Assembly: GCA_965204345.1 (NCBI GenBank)
Contig: OZ241981.1
Span: 736,001-800,000, forward strand
Length of the DNA: 64,000 bases
DNA from: Nitrosopumilus sp.
GTDB taxonomy: Archaea; Thermoproteota; Nitrososphaeria; Nitrososphaerales; Nitrosopumilaceae
Direction of reading: 5' to 3'
Below, piece after piece: positions 1 through 9,139 of this stretch (positions are counted from its first letter, which is position 1; every line of letters starts with the position of its first letter). The notes under the pieces are model-generated. The model was not told where the DNA came from. It did no database searches and was given only the letters and a program-made list of their open reading frames with translations. Position numbers and translations under genes: made by a program.

Positions 1-1253
1 ATGTTATAGTCAGAGTAATCATTTCCGCAGGTCTTGACTGTGACTGTATGCGTATCACTAGAAGTGTATCCGGTATAGTCAAAGGCTATCCAGATTACTG
101 TGCTTACGCCGGGAGCAAAAGCATCAGGGGCATTGTTTATCAGGGCCTTGATTCCGCCCTCATCAGTTGCAACGGCAGTTCCAATGGATACCAATGTCAG
201 CTTGTCTACTGCCTCAACAGTTAGTGAGGGAGGTGCAGAAATTACGGGTCTTGCATCAATGACTGGGACCACTTCTTTGGCGGCTTTGGGAATTCCAAGA
301 TCAGTAATTACGGGTGGCTCATAAAAGGGAGTCTTGAAGGATTTAATTTTATGCGTTGCAGAATCCACAACTAGCAGCTCACCGTTGAGCCCGACTGCAA
401 TGTCAGTTATGTGATTAAACTGGTCAGGATAAGGCCCCCTTTGTTTGATGAGGCTCAGGTTCGAATCAGAGTCCTGGGACAGGTATAAAATTCTATTATT
501 TTCAGAATTTACAATAAACATATCGCCTGAGATATCGACTGCTATTGATTCAGGAGAGAACGCATGGTTTGATGAATGAAACACAAATGATCTTATGAAA
601 TTTCCGCCTGCGTCAAATTTTTCTATTTTGCCATTTCCCTTATCAGTAACGTAGACATTGCCATCACTGTCAATATCAATTCCAACAGCAGTCAGAAATT
701 CTCCCTTGCCAAATCCGCTAGAGCCAAACGAGGATATAAAGTCGCCATCAGTGGTAAACATTTGGACTCGCTGGTTGCCAGTATCAACAACATAGACGGT
801 TCCATTATTTACTGCAATGCCGTTAGGAAAAAAGAATTGCCCATCATAGACCCCCTTTTTACCCCACTCAGATACAAATTGGCCATCAGTGGTAAATTTT
901 TGAATTCTGTTTAAATCACGGTCTGCAACAAAGACAGAGTCGCCAGATACTGCTATCCCAGACGGATATCGAAACTCTCCGGGCAACTTGCCGCTGCTTC
1001 CCCAGTCAGTGACATACTGCCCATCACTTGATAACTTTTGCACCCTCTTGTTTCCCAAGTCACTTACAAAGACACTGCCGTCATCTCCCACTGCAATGAA
1101 CTGCGGATGGGAAAAATGTCCGGGGTCTACGATTCCAAATGTTCCCCACTCAGTCAGGTAATCATAGTCACTGAGCAGTCCAAAAGAGGCCTGAGTAAAA
1201 GAACCGGCTAATAGCAAAACAGAGAAGGCCAGAATGGCAGGTATGATTTTCAA
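1..1253 (-). CDS. Secreted NHL-repeat beta-propeller protein with HYR-like domain (3' end runs off the window)
   Basis: Manual translation from TTG at 1253: signal peptide (LKIIPAILAFSVLLLAG), repeated 'F.HPQFIAV.DDGSVFVSDLGNKRVQK'-type NHL blades, then HYR-like 'PVISAPPSLTVEA...ATDEGG'. Absent from the ORF track because it is truncated. Confidence 0.85.
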   Translation of the reverse strand, partial: MKIIPAILAFSVLLLAGSFTQASFGLLSDYDYLTEWGTFGIVDPGHFSHPQFIAVGDDGSVFVSDLGNKRVQKLSSDGQYVTDWGSSGKLPGEFRYPSGIAVSGDSVFVADRDLNRIQKFTTDGQFVSEWGKKGVYDGQFFFPNGIAVNNGTVYVVDTGNQRVQMFTTDGDFISSFGSSGFGKGEFLTAVGIDIDSDGNVYVTDKGNGKIEKFDAGGNFIRSFVFHSSNHAFSPESIAVDISGDMFIVNSENNRILYLSQDSDSNLSLIKQRGPYPDQFNHITDIAVGLNGELLVVDSATHKIKSFKTPFYEPPVITDLGIPKAAKEVVPVIDARPVISAPPSLTVEAVDKLTLVSIGTAVATDEGGIKALINNAPDAFAPGVSTVIWIAFDYTGYTSSDTHTVTVKTCGNDYSDYN

Positions 1254-1324
1254 CAAACATTCATGACAAAATTAAAGAAACATAACAAGAGTTAACTAAT
1301 GTTGCAGTTGTTGTCAACTTTATC

Positions 1325-2110
1325 TCAAAACGGCTTGTTTACTTCACGCGTAAAGACATAGCTTGCAAGCCCTACCATGACAAAGACAAAGGCAATCAGG
1401 ATGCCCAGGCTCAAAATAATTGGAATTCCGCCCTCAGATACCCCGGTCATTAGTTCCCTTACAAGCAAGACAGTGTAGGTGACAGGATTGAGTTTTGCAA
1501 TTACTGCAAGCCAGGAGGGAAGCAGTTCCAAGGGGAACAGTGCAGGGCTGAGCATGAACAAAGGCATGCCAAGAAAATTAATCATTCCCCAAAACGTCTC
1601 TTGGGATTTTGCAGTAGCCGCTATCATTACAGAGATTCCAGAAAAGCCCAATGAGAACAGGATGACTATTGCCATGATTGGCGCAATCATTACGGGATTG
1701 GGAAAACTAACGCCGATTGCAAGTGCAATTCCCAGGATCAGGCTAGCCTGCAATGCGGCAATCAGAGAGATGGCAGCCATCTTTCCCAAAGCAATTGCAG
1801 ACCTAGAGATGGGAGAAGACAAAGCCTTGTTCATAAAGCCGTACCGCCTGTCCCACAGGGTATTGACACCGCCAAATATACTGGTAAAAATTGCAGTAAG
1901 AATGATTACGCCTGGTGCCATAAATTCAATGTACTCGCCCTCAAACCCAACAGACTCAATTAGTGGCTGGGTTCCAGAAAAGGTATTTCCAATTACAATA
2001 ATCCAGATTGCAGGCTGGATTAACCTGATTAGGACGCCGCTCCGGGATTTTTTGTATCTCTTGAGCTCTCGCCAAAAAATTGTATAGGTATCATACAACA
2101 AATGATTCAT
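1325..2110 (-). CDS. ABC-2 type transporter permease (DrrB-like)
   Basis: Six TM segments, 'FMAPGVI' and 'LNPVTY' ABC-2 motifs; overlaps the ATPase stop. Confidence 0.93.
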   Translation of the reverse strand: MNHLLYDTYTIFWRELKRYKKSRSGVLIRLIQPAIWIIVIGNTFSGTQPLIESVGFEGEYIEFMAPGVIILTAIFTSIFGGVNTLWDRRYGFMNKALSSPISRSAIALGKMAAISLIAALQASLILGIALAIGVSFPNPVMIAPIMAIVILFSLGFSGISVMIAATAKSQETFWGMINFLGMPLFMLSPALFPLELLPSWLAVIAKLNPVTYTVLLVRELMTGVSEGGIPIILSLGILIAFVFVMVGLASYVFTREVNKPF

Positions 2111-3108
2111 GCACGCAGCCTCTTCATCTTTGCATGCTCGCGTCTCCTATCAAATCCAGAGTCGCCATCCTTGATTTCGTGTCCTGTATATGAGATAAAG
2201 ACATCATCAAGTGTTGGCTGGGTCAAAGAGATTGATTTTATCTCAATGCCAAGCTCAGATGAAATCTGGAAGATTTGTGGAATTACTTTGGTTCCATTTG
2301 ATGCAAACAGGGTCAGTTTTGAGCCGTCCTCATTAATCTTATTTACAGACCCAATTTTTTTGATTTCAGACAAAAACGAGCCGTCATTGCCTGTCTCATT
2401 GGCAACCACAAGAGAGATCACCTCATTGCCCATGGCATTTTTCATGTTTTCAGGGGAGTCAATTACCTGAATCTTTCCGCCGTCAATGATTCCCACCCTG
2501 TCACAGAGCTGGTCTGCCTCCTCCATATAGTGCGTGGATACAAAGATGGTCATCTCAAACTCTGTGTGGATTTTTTTGATATATTCCCAGATCTTTCTGC
2601 GGGTCTGAATGTCCAATCCCACGGTAGGCTCATCTAGAAACAAGACCTTTGGCCTGTGCAGCAGGCCGCCTGCAATATCCAATCTCTTTCTCATGCCTCC
2701 AGAGTAAGTTACGACTGCCTGGTCCTGCTTGTCCACAAGCTCAATTAGCTCCAAAATATCATCAATTCTTGTGCTGATTTGATTTTTTGGAATATGGTTT
2801 AGTTTTGCCTGCAGTAGCAGATTTTCACGTCCCGTCAAATATTCATCAACTGTGGATTCCTGTTGGACATATCCAATGTTTTCTCGAACCTGCTTTGGAT
2901 TTGCAGTAACGTCAAATTCAGAGATTAGTGCCTGGCCAGAGGTGGGCTTTAGCAGAGTCGTCAAGATCATCATGGTGGTACTCTTGCCGGCACCATTGGG
3001 TCCCAAAAAGCCAAATATTTCGCCCTTTTTGACTTCAAATGAAATGTCATTTACAGCAGTTACATCGCCAAAGGATTTGGTAAGGGATTTTGTCTTGATG
3101 GAATGCAA
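2107..3108 (-). CDS. ABC transporter ATP-binding protein (DrrA-like)
   Basis: Walker A GPNGAGKS, signature YSGGM, Walker B LFLDEPT; TTG at 3108 preferred over 3129 from TATA spacing. Confidence 0.95.
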   Translation of the reverse strand: MHSIKTKSLTKSFGDVTAVNDISFEVKKGEIFGFLGPNGAGKSTTMMILTTLLKPTSGQALISEFDVTANPKQVRENIGYVQQESTVDEYLTGRENLLLQAKLNHIPKNQISTRIDDILELIELVDKQDQAVVTYSGGMRKRLDIAGGLLHRPKVLFLDEPTVGLDIQTRRKIWEYIKKIHTEFEMTIFVSTHYMEEADQLCDRVGIIDGGKIQVIDSPENMKNAMGNEVISLVVANETGNDGSFLSEIKKIGSVNKINEDGSKLTLFASNGTKVIPQIFQISSELGIEIKSISLTQPTLDDVFISYTGHEIKDGDSGFDRRREHAKMKRLRA

Positions 3109-3199
3109 TACATTGATCGCAGTTCCCAATTATAAATTGCTAAGGATTTACATTCGATCTTTGTAAAAAAATTTAAAGGCCAAATAAGGAATTCAGATT

Positions 3200-3301
3200 A
3201 TGCAAGGATTATGTCAAAAATGTCACTCATCAAATGTGGAAATAACAATACCAGAAGGGATTCCAATTTGTGAGGCCTGTCGTCTAAAGAAAACAAAGTA
3301 G
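3200..3301 (+). CDS. 33-aa CxxC/CxxC zinc-ribbon microprotein
   Basis: MQGLCQKCHSSNVEITIPEGIPICEACRLKKTK*; TTTAAA at 3172-3177 at leaderless spacing; fills an intergenic gap. Confidence 0.7.
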   Translation: MQGLCQKCHSSNVEITIPEGIPICEACRLKKTK

Positions 3302-3336
3302 GCAAAAAATTCTTTTGAAAAAAAAATTAAAAGAAG

Positions 3337-3789
3337 CTATTGAAGATTCTTGAATTCTTCTCTAGTCATTCTTAAAATTACCTTTTCTCCTACTCCCCAA
3401 ATTTCAGATTTGGACAGAGTTTTAGAGTGCCTCAGGCCATGACTAATCTCGATTGTTTCCAATTCGTTAGTTTCAGAATTTTTATGCAGTTTTTTGATCT
3501 TGCCAACTTTGTGCATGTCAATATCAGTTACTGGAATTCCAATTCGGACAGGGGGCCTGCTAAGAAGCAGTGTCTTCTCAGAGAACTTGTCAATGTAATC
3601 CTCAGAGAGAAAGTAATCCCTACGGAATCCCTGATGAACAGTTACACCGTTGACGGCCAAAGTATCTTGGTTGATGTGGATATGTTTGACCCTGCCGTAT
3701 TTGATTCCCTCCCTATCTATGACTGTCTTTCCAGTAAAGGTATCTGCTGTAGCAAGATTGCTAGGCATTCCTTCTAGTTTTACGGACAT
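3337..3789 (-). CDS. Tandem PRC-barrel domain protein
   Basis: Two 'G..V.D..G.K.G.V..I' PRC-barrel units. Confidence 0.85.
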   Translation of the reverse strand: MSVKLEGMPSNLATADTFTGKTVIDREGIKYGRVKHIHINQDTLAVNGVTVHQGFRRDYFLSEDYIDKFSEKTLLLSRPPVRIGIPVTDIDMHKVGKIKKLHKNSETNELETIEISHGLRHSKTLSKSEIWGVGEKVILRMTREEFKNLQ

Positions 3790-3877
3790 GGTTCCAAATC
3801 AACAGATTTGCTTATGACAAGGAATATCAGAAATTTCTATCAATGGGGTTAAATTACTTGACAGGAGAGAATCACGC

Positions 3878-4195
3878 ATGAAAATCAAGGAAAAACTGTT
3901 CAGGCCCATACTGATCACGCAGGGAAGAAGGACAGGCAATGAGCATGCAGTGATGCTCAGGGCAGTGAATCATGACGGAAAGATCTATTTTTCCAGGCAC
4001 AGGCCAGACGGTGATTGGTTCAAAAATGCCATAGTTAATCCGGATGTAAAAATCAGATACAATGATGAAATTTTTACAGGCAAGGCCAAACTGGTGCAAG
4101 ACGAGCAATTAGATAGGCAAATTTCAATGCTGAAATATCCAGGAGAGGAGAGGGCCAAGGAAAAAAGAGTTACAATTGAAGTAAGCCTAGACTAG
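3878..4195 (+). CDS. Split-barrel (F420-dependent reductase/DDN-like) family protein
   Basis: 'LITQGRRTG..H' and 'DWFKN...NPDV' motifs. Confidence 0.75.
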   Translation: MKIKEKLFRPILITQGRRTGNEHAVMLRAVNHDGKIYFSRHRPDGDWFKNAIVNPDVKIRYNDEIFTGKAKLVQDEQLDRQISMLKYPGEERAKEKRVTIEVSLD

Positions 4196-5067
4196 GATTT
4201 TTTAAAAAATTTGTACAGATAATAGATAGTCATTCCACCTAAAATCAGAGTAATAATCACAAATGGGGCAAATAGATCAGAGGTGAGTGCAGCTAGTTCG
4301 TTTGAAGAGTTTGCAATATCAGCAGCCGGCTCCAAGGGTTCTTTGACAGGTATTTCAGAAGTATCCAAGTTTGATGGAGATTCAGATTCAGTAGACACGG
4401 AAGGTGATGCGCTAATGGATTCTGCTGATTCAGTAGACACGGAAGGTGATGCGCTAATGGATTCTGCTGATTCAGTAGACACGGAAGGTGATGCGCTAAT
4501 GGATTCTGCTGATTCGTCCAAATAAATCTCATCTGACTGAAAACTTTCTTCAGGTTCTCGTACAGAAGAGGGGGCACTTTTGGAGGAAATTGAATCAGAA
4601 ACAAAAGTTCGTGGTCCTTGTTGTATTTGAAATAATGAAAACAGGCCAGAAAGTCCGGTTGCAATTCCCAGTCCGACAACTTTGTAAATATGCCTAAAGG
4701 AACGAACAAGAAGTTTGCTTTCTTTGGTTTTTTCAGATAGTTTTGGCGGGACTATTACTATGCTAAACTTGGCAGCAGTGTAGATTTTCATGTCCTGAGA
4801 CTTGGAATTTTTTTCAATCTTGGAGATTTTTACAATGCCAAGAGCCTGAAGTTTGTTGATATGATATTTTACCAATTGAAGAGAAACATTGCTTTTTTGA
4901 GCAATCTGTGTTGCCGTTAGTTCTTCATTGAACAATAATTGAAGGATTTCACGACTAGAATCATTGGTAAATATCTCGCCAAACAGCTTTATCTTTTCAT
5001 CATCAGTTGCAAGAATTTTGATATCTTCAACCAAATCCTCATCAGGCAATTTATCAGATGACAACAA
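4192..5067 (-). CDS. Membrane-anchored ArsR-type wHTH transcriptional regulator
   Basis: N-terminal wHTH (SREILQLL..ELTATQIAQK..VSLQLVKYHINKLQALGIV), TM segment, S/E-rich loop, C-terminal TM. Confidence 0.85.
   Translation of the reverse strand: MLSSDKLPDEDLVEDIKILATDDEKIKLFGEIFTNDSSREILQLLFNEELTATQIAQKSNVSLQLVKYHINKLQALGIVKISKIEKNSKSQDMKIYTAAKFSIVIVPPKLSEKTKESKLLVRSFRHIYKVVGLGIATGLSGLFSLFQIQQGPRTFVSDSISSKSAPSSVREPEESFQSDEIYLDESAESISASPSVSTESAESISASPSVSTESAESISASPSVSTESESPSNLDTSEIPVKEPLEPAADIANSSNELAALTSDLFAPFVIITLILGGMTIYYLYKFFKKS
4385..4515. repeat. Three perfect 42-bp tandem repeats encoding (ESAESISASPSVST)3
   Basis: gattcagtagacacggaaggtgatgcgctaatggattctgct x3, in frame. Confidence 0.95.
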
Positions 5068-5100
5068 AGAGAGTAATGAAAATCTAGTATATGTAAATTG

Positions 5101-5126
5101 TTTGGTGAAATCTCAATTTCACTAAA
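5101..5126. promoter_or_regulatory. Inverted repeat, putative operator between divergent genes
   Basis: tttggtgaaat-ctca-atttcactaaa: 11-bp arms, one mismatch. Confidence 0.6.
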
Positions 5127-5218
5127 CCTTTTATCCCAAACTACAAAATAATAGTAATCGCTAAATGGCAGGTCTTAAAAAAGGAATATCTGCCAAGAAG
5201 TGAAGAGAGAGAAAAAAA

Positions 5219-7432
5219 ATGAATCCAAAAATAACAATACCAGCAGTGATAGCCATTTCGGTGATAGTTACAGCAGGAATAATATTTTCATCAGGATTGA
5301 ATAATCAAGCCGAGATTGTACGATCTACTGCGCCTGAAATTATTTATGTTGATAAATCACCTTCAGGATTTTTTGAAGGGACAAATGATATTAAAAAAAT
5401 ATCATCAGATGAAGAACTAAGTCGTATTCTCGAAATATCATCATCAATAGACGGATTTTTCTATAATGACAGAATGCCTCGAGTAAATATGGCACCAGGA
5501 GTCATCATGCTAGATGAATGGTCGGCAGGTGAGAGTGTTATTATTACCGAATCCTCATCACCTATAACACCAAATTCAAAGGTAGAACCAAGGGGATCAG
5601 AGCATTCAACTACAAATGTTCAAGTTGAAAATGTGGATGAGCCAGACTATCTCAAAAATGATTCAAAATATGTCTACATTGTATCACAAAATACGCTTTC
5701 AATAATTGATGCATATCCAGCAGAGTCTGCAAAGTTAATTTTAAAAATTGCATTAGATATTGAATCACAATACCTTGAGAACATGTTCCTAAATGGCGAC
5801 AGGCTAGTAATATTTTACAATGGAGAAAGCGAGGATGAAATTATTCCACAGTACGACTTTATTCCCAGGCGATCACACAGTCCAGTCACACACGCATTAA
5901 TTGTGGATGTGTCAGATAAAGAAAATCCTGCAATCCTAAAAGATTATTCCATTGATGGGCATTTTATGGATGCACGAATGATCGGAGATTATGCATACTT
6001 TGTAACAAGCAGTAATGTGGACTACCAGTACCCAGAACTTCCAGTCATAATGGAGGACTCTGCTAGAATCATGACGCCAGATGCATTTTACTTTGATAAT
6101 GCCGAACAGTTTTCAAATTTTAACACGCTAACTGCAATTGACGTCTTTGGGGATAAGATAAATTCCGAATCATTCCTAATGGGCCATACCGGAGCGTTTT
6201 ATGTATCTGAGGATAACTTTTATTTGACATACCAGCAAAACACGCCATTTGGATTTTATGAAAAGTCATCAAAAGAGAGATTCTTTGATGTAATAGTTCC
6301 ATTATTATCAAGTGACATACAAAAACAGATCAAAGTAATTCAAAACGACTCCTCCATAAACCCATCAACACAATGGATAAAAATTTCAGAATTAATGCAA
6401 AAATTCTATAATAAACTAGATAAAAATGACAGAGAGGAATTATTTGATGAGATCACCGATGCATTAGACAAATATGATGCCAAAATTCAAGAAGACACAT
6501 TAAAAACAGTAATTCACAAAATTTCAATTGATGAGGATAAGATAGAATATGTTGCCAAAGGTTCTGTTCCAGGCAGATTGTTAAACCAGTTTTCCATGGA
6601 TGAGAACAAGGACAGGTTCAGAGTTGCAACAACCACAGAACAATATATTCAACACCAAGGAACAGTTAGGGCAAATGCCGTCTATGTTTTAGATGAAGAA
6701 CTAAACATTGTAGGAGAACTAGATGAGATAGCCCCAAATGAGAGTATCTTCTCAGCACGATTCATGGGAGACAGGCTGTACTTGGTCACATTCGAACAGA
6801 TTGATCCTTTCTTTGTAATTGACTTGTCTACGGATACGCCAAAGATACTAGGGGAACTAAAAATTCCAGGATTTTCAAACTATTTGCACCCATACGATAA
6901 AGAACATATCATCGGGATAGGCAGAGATACAAAGGTTACAGGCAATGGATGGGTTGAGCAGTTAGGAGTCAAAATAGCATTGTTTAATGTCAAGGATGTG
7001 AATAATCCCAAGGTATCAGATGAGATCATAATAGGAGATAAAACAACGCATTCAGACGCACAGTACGAACACAAGGCATTCTTTTTTGATAAAAAGAGCA
7101 GAGTTTTATCAATCCCAATTAGCGGAGATGCCGAAGAACTCAACGGGTTATCATCGAAGATAGGGATTGCATCAGAGCATGAAAGATGGAATGGATTTTA
7201 CATATTTGATTTAGATAGTTTGAGCGGATTCAGCTTTAAGGGAACAGTCACCCATTCATCAGATGATCCGCATTATTATAACATGGATAATGCAAGAACA
7301 TTCTATATTGATGATGTATTGTATACTGCTTCAGAAGGATATTTGAAGATGAATGCATTAAACAACTTGGAAGAAATCAATTCAATAAAACTTCAAAACA
7401 CCGGAGTTTTCATCGATTACTTTGATGAATAA
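5219..7432 (+). CDS. Membrane-anchored/secreted Beta_propel family protein
   Basis: N-terminal TM; 'STTNVQVENVDEPD', 'GRLLNQFSMDE', 'YLVTFEQIDPFFVIDLS', 'GELKIPGFSNYLHP' motifs. Confidence 0.9.
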   Translation: MNPKITIPAVIAISVIVTAGIIFSSGLNNQAEIVRSTAPEIIYVDKSPSGFFEGTNDIKKISSDEELSRILEISSSIDGFFYNDRMPRVNMAPGVIMLDEWSAGESVIITESSSPITPNSKVEPRGSEHSTTNVQVENVDEPDYLKNDSKYVYIVSQNTLSIIDAYPAESAKLILKIALDIESQYLENMFLNGDRLVIFYNGESEDEIIPQYDFIPRRSHSPVTHALIVDVSDKENPAILKDYSIDGHFMDARMIGDYAYFVTSSNVDYQYPELPVIMEDSARIMTPDAFYFDNAEQFSNFNTLTAIDVFGDKINSESFLMGHTGAFYVSEDNFYLTYQQNTPFGFYEKSSKERFFDVIVPLLSSDIQKQIKVIQNDSSINPSTQWIKISELMQKFYNKLDKNDREELFDEITDALDKYDAKIQEDTLKTVIHKISIDEDKIEYVAKGSVPGRLLNQFSMDENKDRFRVATTTEQYIQHQGTVRANAVYVLDEELNIVGELDEIAPNESIFSARFMGDRLYLVTFEQIDPFFVIDLSTDTPKILGELKIPGFSNYLHPYDKEHIIGIGRDTKVTGNGWVEQLGVKIALFNVKDVNNPKVSDEIIIGDKTTHSDAQYEHKAFFFDKKSRVLSIPISGDAEELNGLSSKIGIASEHERWNGFYIFDLDSLSGFSFKGTVTHSSDDPHYYNMDNARTFYIDDVLYTASEGYLKMNALNNLEEINSIKLQNTGVFIDYFDE

Positions 7433-7445
7433 ACAATGTTTGAAT

Positions 7446-8090
7446 CTATATCAGATGGACAATAGTTGAAACGCCACGCCTGTCAATTTCAACATCATTT
7501 TCGATTTCACTTAGGGTCACAGTAAAAGAGATCACATCGCGGGATTTGGCATCTTCGGCATGAAGCTTTAGGTGAATGTCCAACATCTCTGATTCCTGTG
7601 AGGACAAGTTCTCCCCATCCAAATATGCATTACATGTAGACTCGATTCTGAACCTGTCGTCCTTAAAGTGGAATCCAAGCTTTATTTTTCTTCCTTTTCT
7701 GCCTGCGCCCTTTACGTTCACATCAATAATGCCCGGAGCAGCCTCAGTATATCCAGACTTTTTATTTACAAAGACCCCAATAGAAAGGGGCTTTCCGGCA
7801 GTGGATTCGGCCATCTTTTGTATACCGTCATTCATTACAACATCGACTGCCTGAATGGACTGTGCAACCTTTGCTATCCATTGGTTTGTTCGCGTAATGG
7901 TAGCACAGATTCCTGCACGTCTTCTTTTGTCCTCATCCTCTGGCAGTTTGTAATAATCAACCCATGCCTCATAGTCATGGGAAATATCTTCGATAAAATC
8001 AATGCAGGTTCTCTTATAGTCATCAACGTTATCAGTCCGTAATGAGGCATCATCTGTTCTCATTCCGTCATAATCCATAGGCATTGCCAT
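7446..8090 (-). CDS. Hypothetical protein
   Basis: 214-aa ORF with normal composition filling the space between genes. Confidence 0.75.
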   Translation of the reverse strand: MAMPMDYDGMRTDDASLRTDNVDDYKRTCIDFIEDISHDYEAWVDYYKLPEDEDKRRRAGICATITRTNQWIAKVAQSIQAVDVVMNDGIQKMAESTAGKPLSIGVFVNKKSGYTEAAPGIIDVNVKGAGRKGRKIKLGFHFKDDRFRIESTCNAYLDGENLSSQESEMLDIHLKLHAEDAKSRDVISFTVTLSEIENDVEIDRRGVSTIVHLI

Positions 8091-8171
8091 ACTCTGGATT
8101 GATCAGAGTTCTAAAAAAACCAATCTTGGGCAGAATTAATGGTTATAATAGGAATTTTTCAAAGGAAACTC

Positions 8172-8651
8172 ATGATATTCTCAGAACTAATTGAGGATCT
8201 GCAAAGTCAGTTGAAAAAAGATCTTGCACAGATTAGATTTCTCTTGGGTAAAAATCCAGCAATGGCATATACTAGAATTGTAGAAATTGGCAAGGAGGTA
8301 GGAAAAAAATACAATATCAAGCTGATTGTAAATTTTCCAAAACAGGGAAAGATTGAGGAATTTGAAATGTATGGAAAAAGGGATCTGAGCTTGATTATAG
8401 ACTATGATAAGAAAAGATTTCCAATAGATAGGGAGATTATCAAGCAAAAGGCAGCAGAGATGCTAGGAGATGTCAAGACAGAAGACGCATACATGTATGA
8501 AAACAAGGAGGGAGTAAGGGTCTTTACAAACGACTGGAAGATAGACATCCTGCCTCACTCTGTGCACATTTGGACTGACTTTGATGAGAAGGTTACAGAG
8601 TTTTCCAACTGGCTTTTGGAGAATGCATATGAGATGAAAAAGAAGGAATAG
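8172..8651 (+). CDS. Hypothetical protein
   Basis: ORF 8139..8651; ATG at 8172 is the likely start. Confidence 0.75.
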   Translation: MIFSELIEDLQSQLKKDLAQIRFLLGKNPAMAYTRIVEIGKEVGKKYNIKLIVNFPKQGKIEEFEMYGKRDLSLIIDYDKKRFPIDREIIKQKAAEMLGDVKTEDAYMYENKEGVRVFTNDWKIDILPHSVHIWTDFDEKVTEFSNWLLENAYEMKKKE

Positions 8652-8660
8652 TTTTAAGGA

Positions 8661-9023
8661 TTAAAGACTCTCAAGTTCTGCAAGCAGTTCTTGGGCTTCG
8701 GAATTTTTTGGATCAAGTCTTACAATACGGTTACAGCAGTCAATTGCCTCATCTTTTTGTTCCAAAGCTAGATGAACATTGGTCTTTAGAGTCAGTGTCT
8801 CAATGTCATCATTGTCTAACTCAAACGCCTTTTGAAAGTAAGGCAGCGCTCTTTTTGCATCATCTACAATAAAAAAAGCACTGCCCAAAATAAACATAAA
8901 ATCATGATCGTCTGAGTATTTGGATTCCAAACCAGTTCCAAATCTTATGGCCTCGTCATACTCTCCATCTTTGAGTAGTTTTTTGATGCGCCGTTTGGGA
9001 TGATTGAAGAGACCTACCATCAT
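8661..9023 (-). CDS. TPR repeat protein
   Basis: 'ALPYFQKAFELD' and 'AIDCCNRIVRLDPKN' TPR units. Confidence 0.88.
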   Translation of the reverse strand: MMVGLFNHPKRRIKKLLKDGEYDEAIRFGTGLESKYSDDHDFMFILGSAFFIVDDAKRALPYFQKAFELDNDDIETLTLKTNVHLALEQKDEAIDCCNRIVRLDPKNSEAQELLAELESL

Positions 9024-9139
9024 TGTATCACAGTCACAGTATCAAATTACAACAATTTGAATGTAAAACAATTAGAATAAAACCATCATTTGTGTCAGGC
9101 ACCAGGTTTAGAATTACTAGTAATAAAAATGCCAATAGA

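Noticed and set aside
100-324. 74-aa plus-strand ORF
   Set aside because: Antisense shadow of the truncated NHL/HYR gene
4385-4515. 42-bp repeats as a CRISPR array
   Set aside because: Head-to-tail with no spacers, in frame within a CDS, and no cas genes
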